From a bacterium (GTDB lineage Bacteria; Verrucomicrobiota; Kiritimatiellia; RFP12; UBA1067), in the NCBI GenBank assembly GCA_037133395.1, contig JBAXOG010000002.1:26180-90179 (forward strand): a stretch of DNA of 64,000 bases, in the 5' to 3' direction. The position numbers and the translations under genes were made by a program. Numbering within the stretch: position 1 is the first letter of the stretch; each line of letters opens with the position of its first letter. Below the pieces are notes generated by a model. That model saw only the letters and a list, made by a program, of their open reading frames with translations, searched no databases and was not told the DNA's origin. Shown piece after piece: positions 47,393 through 57,750 of this stretch.

Positions 47393-48112
47393 ATGTCTTC
47401 TGTCATCACGATTGACCACATCAGCAAGGCTTATGGCGAGTGTAAGGCGGTCTCTGATCTCACCCTTTCACTTCATGCAGGCGAGATTCTGGGGTTCCTC
47501 GGCACAAACGGCGCAGGCAAGACTACAACAATCAAAATGTTGCTAGGCTTCTTCCCCCCGGATACGGGCCGAATATCGGTCTTTGGCAACAATCCCTCTG
47601 ATGCCCATACGCGCCAGCGCGTCGGGTTCATGCCTGAAACTGCGTATTATTACCCCTACCTGAACATCTATGAGCTTCTCTCGTTCTATGGAGGACTCTG
47701 CGGCATGCCCCCTGTACTGATCCGTCAGCGGACAGATGAACTCATCGTACGCACTGGCCTGGAAAACGCGGGCACACGGCTACTCAAGACGTATTCAAAG
47801 GGCATGCTTCAACGCGCAGGCATTGCACAGGCAATTTTGCATGATCCTGACTTGCTGATCCTGGATGAGCCTTTTACAGGACTTGACCCGCTGGCACGCA
47901 TCCAGTTGCGGGATTTGATTCTTGACTTGAAGGCAAAAGGAAAGACCATCCTCTTTTCGTCGCATGAGCTTTCGGAGGCCGAACTCATGTGCGACCGCAT
48001 AGCCATCATGAAGGCTGGCTCGCTCGTCCTGGATAAGCCCATGACAGAGGTCGCAGGCGACGGAAACACCAACCTTGAACGTATCTTTCTGAATGTCCTT
48101 CAATCGTCATAA
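47393..48112 (+). CDS. ABC transporter ATP-binding protein
   Basis: GTNGAGKTT, YSKGMLQR, ILDEPFTGLDP, SSH. Confidence 0.95.
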   Translation: MSSVITIDHISKAYGECKAVSDLTLSLHAGEILGFLGTNGAGKTTTIKMLLGFFPPDTGRISVFGNNPSDAHTRQRVGFMPETAYYYPYLNIYELLSFYGGLCGMPPVLIRQRTDELIVRTGLENAGTRLLKTYSKGMLQRAGIAQAILHDPDLLILDEPFTGLDPLARIQLRDLILDLKAKGKTILFSSHELSEAELMCDRIAIMKAGSLVLDKPMTEVAGDGNTNLERIFLNVLQSS

Positions 48113-48124
48113 GGAGTTGCTAGC

Positions 48125-48904
48125 ATGAATTTTTTGACCCCGTTCTCAGCGCTCATTTGGCTCTCGCTTTACGACCTCTATCGCCGTAAAGATCTCGTTG
48201 TCGTAGCGATGCTTACCTTGGTCGTGCTCGTCCCCATGTCTTTTGCAACGCCCTTTGGCGTGAAGGGTGCCAGCCGTTACCTCAATGAAATTGCGTTGCT
48301 CCTGGTCTGGATATTCACGCTCGTCATCTCCATGACACGCACAGCGCGCATCATTCCAATTGAGATCGAATCGCGGACGATCTATCCGCTACTCGCCAAA
48401 CCAGCTTCGCGCACACTGATTCTCTTTGGACGTTATGCAGGCGTCTTGATCGCCTCGCTCTCTGTCCTCTTGCTCTTCTACGGCTTGTACGCCATCATCA
48501 ACGCCCTCAAGAGCGCGGTGTTCCCCTGGGAGGTTTGGGCGCAAGCATTGTTACTCCATGCTGGCTTCATCATCCTTGTGACCTCGCTTGCGCTCTTAGG
48601 CTCACTGTTTGTCCATTCGGACGCCAATCTCTCCATTTTGGGAATCATTATCGTGGGCATGTTACTCTATGGCCAGCAACTGCCCGTGCTGGCGGCTGAA
48701 CAACCCCTGCCCTTGCGTCTACTTCTCAATGCTGTCTACTGGATCGCGCCTCATTGTGAATTTTTTGACATGCGCACACGTTTGATTCATCACTGGCCAT
48801 CCATATCTTGGCTGATCTGTTGCTCTGCATTTTTCTATGCCGTCGCCTATTCATCTATCTGTTTCGGCATCGCGGCATGGATATTTAATCGCAAGAAAAT
48901 CTAA
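48125..48904 (+). CDS. ABC-2 type permease
   Basis: About 6 TM segments; EIESRTIYPLLAKPASR..GRY motif. Confidence 0.88.
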   Translation: MNFLTPFSALIWLSLYDLYRRKDLVVVAMLTLVVLVPMSFATPFGVKGASRYLNEIALLLVWIFTLVISMTRTARIIPIEIESRTIYPLLAKPASRTLILFGRYAGVLIASLSVLLLFYGLYAIINALKSAVFPWEVWAQALLLHAGFIILVTSLALLGSLFVHSDANLSILGIIIVGMLLYGQQLPVLAAEQPLPLRLLLNAVYWIAPHCEFFDMRTRLIHHWPSISWLICCSAFFYAVAYSSICFGIAAWIFNRKKI

Positions 48905-48908
48905 CGCG

Positions 48909-49712
48909 ATGAGTAAACGCTTCTATCTGCCTGTATTACTTGTTCCATGTTTGTTGTACACCACCAGCAAGCTGATTGCGCTCAATAGCGCGACGCTGGG
49001 ATATTCCGTACATCCGCAACAAGGAAATACTGGCAATTTGCTAGATATTCTTGCGGGTGACACGCGTACCCTGATCGGCAACGCAATGCTCGAAAAGGCG
49101 GAAGCCTACTACCATGGTGGCCTCAGCGACCACAGCGATGGCTCGGCTAGTACAGTCGGCGAGCATAACGATCCTGACGATCATGATGCAAAAAAACCGC
49201 CCTCTTCGCCTCAGCTCGACCCATGGAAATACCTTTATGATCACATCCATGCTAAGGCGCATATTCACTTAGATCTGAGTAAAGCGGAAGAGCTGCTTCC
49301 CTGGTATTGGGCAGCATGCGAGGCCTCGCCCCATAATATCCAAGCTTTTGAAGCAACGGCCTACGCGCTCGCCACAATGCTTCAACAACCCCACGATGCC
49401 CTGCGACTTTTAGAAAAGGGCATCAAGAGCAATCCGAACAATGCAAAACTGGAAATCACGCGGGGCGAAATACTCATCAAGCATTTGAAAGACTTTAAAA
49501 CCGCAGAAGTCGCGTTCCTTTCTGCTTATGATAAAAGCATCCGTGAAAAAGTTCCTCGGGATGACATGCTCAAGGCAGAAACGCTTTTTTATCTCGGCTA
49601 TCTCGCTAATAAACGCAACGACCTCGAAGCGCTCCACCGCTGGCAAACTATTGCCAAGGAGACCATGTCACCCAACCTCGCATCCATCCGCGATTTATTG
49701 AAAATCAAATAA
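48909..49712 (+). CDS. TPR-like membrane-anchored protein
   Basis: N-terminal hydrophobic segment; His-rich linker; TPR-like ALRLLEKGIKSNPNN. Confidence 0.6.
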   Translation: MSKRFYLPVLLVPCLLYTTSKLIALNSATLGYSVHPQQGNTGNLLDILAGDTRTLIGNAMLEKAEAYYHGGLSDHSDGSASTVGEHNDPDDHDAKKPPSSPQLDPWKYLYDHIHAKAHIHLDLSKAEELLPWYWAACEASPHNIQAFEATAYALATMLQQPHDALRLLEKGIKSNPNNAKLEITRGEILIKHLKDFKTAEVAFLSAYDKSIREKVPRDDMLKAETLFYLGYLANKRNDLEALHRWQTIAKETMSPNLASIRDLLKIK

Positions 49713-49720
49713 AAATCGCG

Positions 49721-52579
49721 TTATAGCGGCAAGATGATTTCGCGGTTTTCTGCAAATGTGGCCGTCTTCTTAGGCCCGCCGTCGATTGTATATTCGATTG
49801 TCAGTTGCTTAATAATCGGCGCGATGGGTTCAAAGGCTTCGTTGTAGTTACGTATCGGCGAATAACGCGTCCCCTTAAAGGTCGGACGGATCTTCTCGGT
49901 CACATCCACAGCTTGTGGTTTCTTTTCCTTCGTCGCATAGATAGCGGAAAGGATTTCCACCTTACATTTTTCCTTGGCGATCATCTCTGTGCGATAGTCA
50001 CGTATCAGTTGAGCACGATCCGGCACTTTACTGATATCCACAAGTTTGAGTGGTCCGCAAAGTGCAAACGTGTCGCCATCCTGACGAAGGTTAAAACGAT
50101 TGATGCGCGGCGCCGTCGCAATGCGCGGACGAACCTTCGGATTGGCGTCAATTTCCGGATGCTGCGGATCATACATCTTGCGAATCTCCTCATCGCCCAG
50201 GAAGGGGCCGTTGCAGTCCACCCAGGCGATCAGCCGTTCGCGGTCTACGCCCGTTACCTTCACCTGATGATGCGCACCGCTGCATGCATTGGAGATCAGT
50301 GCGCTCACTGGCGAGAAGGCAGTATACGGCGGCAAGGTAGCCAGGTTCGTGGGATCGTGACTGTTATACCCTTCAACAATGAAGATGCCGGCCAAGTTCT
50401 CCGGCACACCGCGCGCATTCTTCGTGCGTGGATGCGCCCAGCCGCAATCGCCTCCCACCAAGGTGTAATAGGGTTCAGCAAAGGGGCTAACATCATACGG
50501 TCGGTGATAGACATTCACGCCCCATCCATGCGTGGAGGGACGATAGGTCATATCGAGTTTCTTGTTGGCATTAGTGCCAGTTTTATTGTGGCAGCTTGCG
50601 CAGTGCTTTTCAAGGACAGGCTGGACAAACCGCGTATACCCGACACTCTCACCTGCCCCCCACGATGGAGGCGTCAGTTTCACCGCTGGCTTTTGCAAGG
50701 CCTTGCCCATCTTATATTTCTCAGGCGACTGAATAGAGCGGGTTTTCATGCTCGTCTCATGACAACCAAAGCATCCGCGCCGCTCGCCCGGCATACCATT
50801 GGCAAAGCTACGCATGACATAGATCGCACACCCTTCTGCATCCAGCATCTGGAAGAAGATGGACTCACCGGGCGGAATTTCAAAATTCACACTGCCGTCC
50901 GCCTCGATGGGTACCGTCCCCAAGATACGTTTGACTCCGTCCGCTTGGAATACGCTCACGGCTGGCCCGTCATGCTGCACAGTCTTGCGCCACGTCGTGT
51001 AGGTCTTCGGATCCATCTGGATCACACGAATGAATTTACCCTTTTCCTTGAGAATAGGCGGCGCATTTTCAAAGACATCGTTGCTGTAGAATATAGCCGG
51101 AGCAATTTCCTGCCGGTTGTCTTTTCCAAAGGTATCCCCCTGCCCATTGTTCGTGATCTTCGGCCATTTCACCTTGTCAGTCATGGCTGTCGGTCTTTTG
51201 CGTGGCTGGAAAGGCATGGCGTACAAAGCATTGTAAGTCCCGCGGTAAATCAGTTCGCGGTTCCCATACACATCCATGAGATAAAGTCTGAACTGATTGG
51301 TCCGTGTCCCACTCATGCCAATCGAGCCACCTTCTCGCGCCGAGACCAGAAAGAGTTCTTCCGAGAGCGGCCATGGCGTCTTGTAAGCGCCCAACTTGCC
51401 TGCTGCATGATATTCGACGTGCGGGACAGGATCAGCAGGCCCATTCCCCACTTCCGGCCAAGGCTGATCACGCGTGATACGGTTAAGTCCGTCCGGATAG
51501 TTCAGCCCTTTCACAGGATCAATCATGCCGATCGTCCCGTCATACCACGCATGGTGCCCCACACCTGTGAACATGATTTTCGTGCTACCCGGGATCGGGC
51601 GCGCTTCCGTCAGCACGTCCGGCCATACGCTCTGACTGCCCCAGAAGGTCTGCACATTGCACCCATCCTGATCCATAGTCCAGAGACTCTGCACGCGCCA
51701 CAGCGCCTTGTCCGTATATTCCCAGCGCGTAAAGATAATGCGGCCATCGTTCAATACGGCCGGCAGATATTCAGGCTCGCCATTGGCCGAAAGTACATAA
51801 ATATTTTTTCCATCCGCATCACACCGCGCAACCGCGAAGGAATGCGAGGCAGGGAAGCAGCGCACATAGCTATGTTGACGCGATGTAATAAAGATAATTT
51901 TTCCGTCGGGTGAAAAGAGAGGGTCATGGTCATCATAATCACCAAACGTCATCTGCTTCAAATCCGTGCCATCCGCATTGCACGCGTAGAGGTGATAGGA
52001 GAGATCATTTGTCGGACAGTAACTAAACACGATACGCTTGCCATCCCATGACAAATCGGGACGCGTAAAACTCCCTTTCAATTGCGGAAGGATGTTCTGT
52101 AGGGGCGGACCGCTCTGCTTGTTGCCTACATCTAGCCCTCTAACGGACACGATGATAAGACTGCCTCCCAGATCGCGGATAAAGCCATTGCGTTGCAGCG
52201 ACTCATGCGCCCAATGAACGCCATCGCCCTGCTTTCCCTTTGGATAGGGATTATCAATGAGCATAAGGCGGCTGAAATTCACGGCTGGATTTTTAAACAT
52301 CACTTCGCGTTTAATCGCACGAATATCCAGAAACATTTTTTTTGCATCAGTTTCCAAGAGAGGTTTTTTCAGATAGGCATCGAGCGCCTTCTGCTCCGTA
52401 GCGAAATCCACTTTCGGCGCACGCGCCATCATCTCCTGCGTATACCGAATCTCATTGGTGACGGACACAAGTGTCGGCTGATTATTACACTGGAACAGCC
52501 ATTCCTTTTCCAAAAGATTTTCCGCGCTGACGCTTGTCGCCAGTGCAATCCCCAAAGGTAAAATCCATTTCCCTGCCAT
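49721..52579 (-). CDS. Second HzsA-like protein with two c-heme motifs
   Basis: Signal peptide; PDLSWDGKRIVFS, GRIIFTRWEY, GTVPIEADGSVNFEIPP, CFGCH, CASCH. Confidence 0.82.
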   Translation of the reverse strand: MAGKWILPLGIALATSVSAENLLEKEWLFQCNNQPTLVSVTNEIRYTQEMMARAPKVDFATEQKALDAYLKKPLLETDAKKMFLDIRAIKREVMFKNPAVNFSRLMLIDNPYPKGKQGDGVHWAHESLQRNGFIRDLGGSLIIVSVRGLDVGNKQSGPPLQNILPQLKGSFTRPDLSWDGKRIVFSYCPTNDLSYHLYACNADGTDLKQMTFGDYDDHDPLFSPDGKIIFITSRQHSYVRCFPASHSFAVARCDADGKNIYVLSANGEPEYLPAVLNDGRIIFTRWEYTDKALWRVQSLWTMDQDGCNVQTFWGSQSVWPDVLTEARPIPGSTKIMFTGVGHHAWYDGTIGMIDPVKGLNYPDGLNRITRDQPWPEVGNGPADPVPHVEYHAAGKLGAYKTPWPLSEELFLVSAREGGSIGMSGTRTNQFRLYLMDVYGNRELIYRGTYNALYAMPFQPRKRPTAMTDKVKWPKITNNGQGDTFGKDNRQEIAPAIFYSNDVFENAPPILKEKGKFIRVIQMDPKTYTTWRKTVQHDGPAVSVFQADGVKRILGTVPIEADGSVNFEIPPGESIFFQMLDAEGCAIYVMRSFANGMPGERRGCFGCHETSMKTRSIQSPEKYKMGKALQKPAVKLTPPSWGAGESVGYTRFVQPVLEKHCASCHNKTGTNANKKLDMTYRPSTHGWGVNVYHRPYDVSPFAEPYYTLVGGDCGWAHPRTKNARGVPENLAGIFIVEGYNSHDPTNLATLPPYTAFSPVSALISNACSGAHHQVKVTGVDRERLIAWVDCNGPFLGDEEIRKMYDPQHPEIDANPKVRPRIATAPRINRFNLRQDGDTFALCGPLKLVDISKVPDRAQLIRDYRTEMIAKEKCKVEILSAIYATKEKKPQAVDVTEKIRPTFKGTRYSPIRNYNEAFEPIAPIIKQLTIEYTIDGGPKKTATFAENREIILPL

Positions 52580-52600
52580 AACTCCCCCCCTCATTATCGT

Positions 52601-53566
52601 CTACATTTTTATTACAGACATCACATGCTCTGATGTTGCTTTATGCGGGCCAAAGTCAATATTGATACTTACAACATAGAGTTTGTTCCCCAGCCTTGCA
52701 ACATCGGTCGGCAAGTCCAGTATTCCACCCCCGCGCGCCAGCACAAAGACCTCCCCTGTGGCGACGCGCAACCCGCCGATACTGTTCCCCAATGGATCGG
52801 CAAACCAGACCACTTTCTCTTGCGCATCATAATGCGCACCATCCAGCGTCATAAAGCCAAGCGGTTTCGTATCAACGATCGAAGCGCACGAGGCGACTTT
52901 GTCATCCGCATCCAGTACTACCTTCCAAATATGGCAAGTTCCAAAGTCTGTAACATATAGATTATTGCTGTCGTCAAACGTAATGCCATTCGCACCATAC
53001 GGGAACCCGCCGTTCGTGGTGTCCGTTGTCATGTCACAGAGGTAATGCGGATCAGAGGGCTCCATCTTAACAGCAACTGTCTTTCCTGATTTGAATTCAT
53101 TGACAGTGAATTTGATCACCCCGCTCGTCGTGATTGCTCCTTCACGTTTGATGATGGTATCGGAAACATAGAGGCAGTCGCCCTTTACAGCAATGCCATT
53201 CGGATAATTCAGCCCTATTGCTGCGATCTCTGCACGCACAGGGACTCCATGTTCATGAACAATACGCCACAGACAGGAGCCACCCCAGCAGGTGTCCGTA
53301 AACTGGCAGTCTGCGAGATAAACATGACCGTCTGACCCCACAGCTACGCCCAGAATCGAAGGTCGCTTTCCATCCGCGTGCAGGGGCAGATCAAAGACTT
53401 TTTCCACTTTGCCGTCTGGCGTAATGCGCCCCACACCGCCTGGCTTGTTAAGCGACACATTGTGAAGTCCGAAATAGACATATCCCTGATGGACAAAGAG
53501 GCCTTCGGCATTGGCCCCGACGGTTGAAAGATCATATCCGAATTGGGCGGTCTTAAGTAAACTCAT
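52601..53566 (-). CDS. SMP-30/gluconolactonase-like six-bladed beta-propeller
   Basis: ANAEG, YPNGIAV, GANGITFD, TLDG, LPTDVA. Confidence 0.7.
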   Translation of the reverse strand: MSLLKTAQFGYDLSTVGANAEGLFVHQGYVYFGLHNVSLNKPGGVGRITPDGKVEKVFDLPLHADGKRPSILGVAVGSDGHVYLADCQFTDTCWGGSCLWRIVHEHGVPVRAEIAAIGLNYPNGIAVKGDCLYVSDTIIKREGAITTSGVIKFTVNEFKSGKTVAVKMEPSDPHYLCDMTTDTTNGGFPYGANGITFDDSNNLYVTDFGTCHIWKVVLDADDKVASCASIVDTKPLGFMTLDGAHYDAQEKVVWFADPLGNSIGGLRVATGEVFVLARGGGILDLPTDVARLGNKLYVVSINIDFGPHKATSEHVMSVIKM

Positions 53567-53576
53567 AGAAATCCTT

Positions 53577-54746
53577 TTAGAATGAACGGTAGTTGCCGCG
53601 TTCTTCACGGATGGTGGAGAGCATGGCTGCAATGTTTACGGCCGGAACGTCTGACATGACTTCCTGTGACGGGGCGACCATGTAACGTCCGCCCTTTCCA
53701 AGTAAGTGCATGACCCTGCGCGTCTCTGCAGCCACCTCCGCTGGCGTGCCATGCGGCAGGATCTCCTGCGTATCAATCCCACCCCAGAGCGTGAGCTTGC
53801 CTCCAAACTGTTTCATAAGCTCTTCGAGTCCGAGACAGGGCTGTACAGGTTCCAGCATGTCGAGTCCAATATCCATCAAGGCGGGCAGGAACTGCATGAT
53901 GTTGCCGCACGAATGCATAATTACAGGAAGCCCGGCATTCTTATACACGTCAAAGAGCTTCTTCGTACGTGGCAGGATCAAATCGAAAAAAACTGAGGGT
54001 GTAATTAACGGCCCGGTCTGGCATCCGATATCATCGCTGTGATGACCGACCTTGCAGCCGATTTCAATTTTACGTTTGGCCAGTGCGATCTTGTAGTCTG
54101 TGATTTTATCCAGCAAGACAGCAGTTGATTCAGGGTCGATCAGCGACTCGACAAAGAACTCCTCCATGCCCATCACGCAATAGGCACGTTCAAAAATGCC
54201 GGCATAACCGCCGGGTACAACCAGATGTTCACCCTTCTCATTTGCCTTCAGATCGCGAATGATATCATCCATGTTATCCGGACGCATCGGATTAGGCGGC
54301 TGATAGGCCAACACAGCCTCACTGAAAGGCATCTTCAAGATTTCACGATCAAAGCCATCAGGCAAGAAGGGCTCCGCCATCTTGTTCTTTTCGGCATTTC
54401 CCTGTAACGGATTATAGCAGGCAAAGAAACCGTCTTCACCGATTTGCACGCCCGTGCCCCAGGTGTCATAGACAATCTTATTCTTGCGATCGACCTTGGC
54501 ATAGCCCTTCGCTTCCAGTTCGCGCATCTTTTCATCGACATTGCGATAAAAGAGGGGCGTATCACAGAGTGTAAAGGAGAGACACAAATGGTTGTCCAGA
54601 TAGTCATCCAACTCCGCGCCACTCTTCAAGCCTAAAGCCTTGGCCACCTGCTCGTCTTTCGAACGGTCGGCGATGGTGATCTGGCTTGGCAGGTAATCAA
54701 CTTCCTTGCCTCGGATAATATTCAATACTCTCTCTTCGCGTGTCAT
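53577..54746 (-). CDS. Uroporphyrinogen decarboxylase-like (URO-D/MtaA-CmuA family) protein
   Basis: GIFERAY..MGME, SDDIGCQTG, MHSCGN, WGGIDTQ, PSQEV. Confidence 0.88.
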   Translation of the reverse strand: MTREERVLNIIRGKEVDYLPSQITIADRSKDEQVAKALGLKSGAELDDYLDNHLCLSFTLCDTPLFYRNVDEKMRELEAKGYAKVDRKNKIVYDTWGTGVQIGEDGFFACYNPLQGNAEKNKMAEPFLPDGFDREILKMPFSEAVLAYQPPNPMRPDNMDDIIRDLKANEKGEHLVVPGGYAGIFERAYCVMGMEEFFVESLIDPESTAVLLDKITDYKIALAKRKIEIGCKVGHHSDDIGCQTGPLITPSVFFDLILPRTKKLFDVYKNAGLPVIMHSCGNIMQFLPALMDIGLDMLEPVQPCLGLEELMKQFGGKLTLWGGIDTQEILPHGTPAEVAAETRRVMHLLGKGGRYMVAPSQEVMSDVPAVNIAAMLSTIREERGNYRSF

Positions 54747-54755
54747 GTTTCTCCT

Positions 54756-55535
54756 TTAACCTTCGTAACCGAGTTTACGGCTGATCTTGTCGGCATACGC
54801 CTTCACCAGCAATCCATTCTTTTCAAAATCCTTTTTCGGCAATTGGTCCGTAAATCCAGACATATTCAGTGTACCAACCGCTTCTCCTTTACGATTAAAG
54901 ATTGGCGCGGCGATACAGGTAATGCCGATGGTCGCCTCCTGACGATCAAACGCATAGCCTTTCAAACGAGCCTCTTCCAGTTCCCTCAGAAAATCCTTGA
55001 GGGTCACAATCGTGTGCTCTGTGAACTTCGCAAACTTCATGTGCTTCACGATGGACTGGAGACGGGCTGGCGGAAGAAAAGCGAGAATGCTTTTCCAGCC
55101 TGCACCCGTGTGGAAATCACGCGTACTGAATCCTTTTTCAACGACAAAACGCATACGGTTCCGGCTCTCTGCCACCTCGAGGACCACGCCCTCCTCATCA
55201 TTGTACAGACAGCCTACCATGTTCGTTACACCGCTTTCATCGCGCAGCGCAACCATCTCTGGCCAGGCAATAACGGCTAGGCTATATTCATCCGAGCCCG
55301 CGCACCCCAAGTCGAGCAGCTTGCGCGAGAGCCGATAAAGTCCGGTCTCGCCATGACGCGACAAATACCCGCCATGCGTCAACGTCATGCAGATACGATA
55401 AATCATGGTCGGGGAACACGATGTCTTTAATGCCAGCTCATTGCGATTCAGTCCGGCAGGATGGCGTGACAGCACCTCCAAGACAAGCAAAGCACGATCC
55501 AAATTCGGGACATGATAATTTTTCAAATCTTTCAT
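54756..55535 (-). CDS. IclR-family transcriptional regulator
   Basis: VPNLDRALLVLEVL, YRICMTL..GYL, TGAGWKSILAF, GYAFDRQE..GITCIAAPI. Confidence 0.93.
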   Translation of the reverse strand: MKDLKNYHVPNLDRALLVLEVLSRHPAGLNRNELALKTSCSPTMIYRICMTLTHGGYLSRHGETGLYRLSRKLLDLGCAGSDEYSLAVIAWPEMVALRDESGVTNMVGCLYNDEEGVVLEVAESRNRMRFVVEKGFSTRDFHTGAGWKSILAFLPPARLQSIVKHMKFAKFTEHTIVTLKDFLRELEEARLKGYAFDRQEATIGITCIAAPIFNRKGEAVGTLNMSGFTDQLPKKDFEKNGLLVKAYADKISRKLGYEG

Positions 55536-55857
55536 AAGCCACCCGTGTTGTTTAATATGTAAACTATAATACACATTTTAACTTACGATGGCAACCACAA
55601 ATAAAATATTACGCTCTTATTATATTTCTGTTACGATCAGTCTCAATTGCCAGAAGTCACAGCTCTCACGTTCTAATCTAAATTTAATATATTCCTCTGC
55701 TGAAAATCACACTCTTCCTAGTTCCCCCTCCCTCTGTAAAATTCCTTCCAACGCATCTAAGTCTCAAATTGAAATGCAGGGGTGAGCATGATATAGTATG
55801 GCTCATTCACTTGTTATTTGTATAACTATGGGGTTAAATAAAAAATCAGGAGCAGGC

Positions 55858-56745
55858 ATGAAGCAATTTCTCCAACCATTAGCAGAGGTTTTTGGTCACA
55901 AAATCGAAGATCAATCCAAGAGTGCTAACCGATACCGTTCTCGCCGTCTATGCCCATTTAACAATAGGGTTCCGAATTGCACAAAAGATAAAGCGGAAAA
56001 TCCGCTTGGCGTTTGCAGCGTACTGCATGCCAATGCTCCAGCCGTCACTTGCCCGGTGAGATTTCGGGAAGACTGGCTGATCACTGATGATGCTGCCTCT
56101 TTCTTTTTCCCGGAAAATGCCAACTGGACATCCTTAACCGAGGTCCGTCTCAATGATGCCAACGGAAAGTCTGCCGGCAATATTGATGTCGTGCTCGTGT
56201 CTTATGACCAGGATGGAAAAGTTTTGGATTTTGGCGCTCTTGAAGTTCAAGCTGTTTATATTTCTGGCAATGTCCGAGACCCTTTCGAATATTTTATGAA
56301 AGACACTAAAGGGCGTGGTGCAATGAACTGGACAGGCCAACCCAATTATCCCCGGCCTGACTACTTGTCCTCTTCTCGAAAAAGATTGGCCCCTCAATTA
56401 CTTTTCAAGGGAGGAATTCTTCACTCTTGGCAAAAGAAATCAGCCGTTGCAATAAACAAAGCGTTTTTTGACACGTTGCCAAAACTTACTAAGGTTTCCA
56501 AAGAAGAAGCTGATATGGCATGGCTAATTTATGACTTGAAGGAGGTTGTTGTTGATGGCCAGAGCCGATATAAACTTGTGAAAGTTGATGAAGTATTTAC
56601 GGATTTTGAATCCGCCTTACTGTCAATCACAAAACCAACTCCTGGGCGCGTCGATGACTTCATCAAATTGCTTCAAGAGCGTCTTGATGAGCACCTTGAA
56701 ACGCCGCCAACAAACAAAACCATTGAAACTCCGTTCCAACAATGA
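55858..56745 (+). CDS. NotI-family type II restriction endonuclease
   Basis: Cys cluster CPF..CTK..GVCSV..CPVRF; TEVRL..GNIDVVL..ALEVQAVYISG; RPDYLSSSRKRLAPQL. A 60-nt spot count gives 38% GC. Confidence 0.8.
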   Translation: MKQFLQPLAEVFGHKIEDQSKSANRYRSRRLCPFNNRVPNCTKDKAENPLGVCSVLHANAPAVTCPVRFREDWLITDDAASFFFPENANWTSLTEVRLNDANGKSAGNIDVVLVSYDQDGKVLDFGALEVQAVYISGNVRDPFEYFMKDTKGRGAMNWTGQPNYPRPDYLSSSRKRLAPQLLFKGGILHSWQKKSAVAINKAFFDTLPKLTKVSKEEADMAWLIYDLKEVVVDGQSRYKLVKVDEVFTDFESALLSITKPTPGRVDDFIKLLQERLDEHLETPPTNKTIETPFQQ

Positions 56746-57686
56746 TTTCTCCTCAACAATCACTCTTTCCTGATTTATATCCGGAAATGACGGCACCAGG
56801 ACCGGTTAATGTTTCAACTATTCCGCAGCGAAGCCCGTTCCGATATCCAGGCGGGAAAACATGGTTTGTCCCAACGTTTCGGAATTGGGTTCTGAATCTG
56901 CAATCTAAACCGAAGACATTGGTTGAACCTTTTGTAGGAGGGGGCATTATCAGTCTTACCGCCCTTTTTGAGAACATGGTTCGAAAAGCAGTCATGGTTG
57001 AGCTTGACGAGGATGTCGCCGCTGTATGGAAGACTGTTGTCCATGGTGACGCAAAATGGCTGGCTAATCGGATACTTAAGTTTAACCTTACGCGAGAATC
57101 AGTTATTGAAGAAATATCCAATAGCGATGTTGAAACGAAGGAAAAAGCGTTTCAAACCATTTTGAAAAACAGAACCAATCATGGCGGCATTTTGGCTTCT
57201 GGCGCGGGACTTCTTAAACATGGTGAAAACGGAAAAGGGATTCGGTCTCGCTGGTATCCAGAAACACTTGCTAAACGATTTCTGGATTTAGACACCATTG
57301 CAAACCGAATCCGTTTCTGCCAGATGGACGGCATCGATATTATGCAGGAGTATGCAAACCAAAAGGACGTCATCTTCTTTATTGATCCGCCCTATACGGC
57401 GGGTGGGAAAAAGGCAGGAAGCAGACTTTATCGTCACTGCAATCTGGATCATGACCGTCTCTTCTCCGTGTGTGAACAGCTCAGTGGTGACTTCTTAATG
57501 ACATACGATAATGCTGAAGAGGTAAAACTGTTGGCACGCAAACATGGCTTCCAAATGCGCTTAATTGCAATGAACAACACGCATCATGCAACGATGGAAG
57601 AGTTGGTGATCGGTAAAAACCTGACGTGGATGGATCAATATCAGGCTGTTCACGAACCGACTGAAGAATACTTGACTACCCCCTGA
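56742..57686 (+). CDS. DNA adenine methyltransferase (Dam/D12 class)
   Basis: SPFRYPGGKT, VEPFVGGG, FFIDPPY, FLMTYD; ATGA overlap with the endonuclease. Confidence 0.92.
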   Translation: MISPQQSLFPDLYPEMTAPGPVNVSTIPQRSPFRYPGGKTWFVPTFRNWVLNLQSKPKTLVEPFVGGGIISLTALFENMVRKAVMVELDEDVAAVWKTVVHGDAKWLANRILKFNLTRESVIEEISNSDVETKEKAFQTILKNRTNHGGILASGAGLLKHGENGKGIRSRWYPETLAKRFLDLDTIANRIRFCQMDGIDIMQEYANQKDVIFFIDPPYTAGGKKAGSRLYRHCNLDHDRLFSVCEQLSGDFLMTYDNAEEVKLLARKHGFQMRLIAMNNTHHATMEELVIGKNLTWMDQYQAVHEPTEEYLTTP

Positions 57687-57750
57687 TAGAGCGGAAAAGT
57701 CTCCTTCTATAAAATGGTCAAGTTATCCGGGTCCCCAGCCATAACCATTA

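Noticed and set aside
49805-51913. 702-aa plus-strand ORF
   Set aside because: It is an antisense shadow of the HzsA-like gene with no recognisable motifs. The same applies to 12467-13906, 33848-34819, 36532-37524 and 61616-63115.
53577-54746. hemE
   Set aside because: It has the MtaA/CmuA-like HSCG motif and no heme biosynthesis context.
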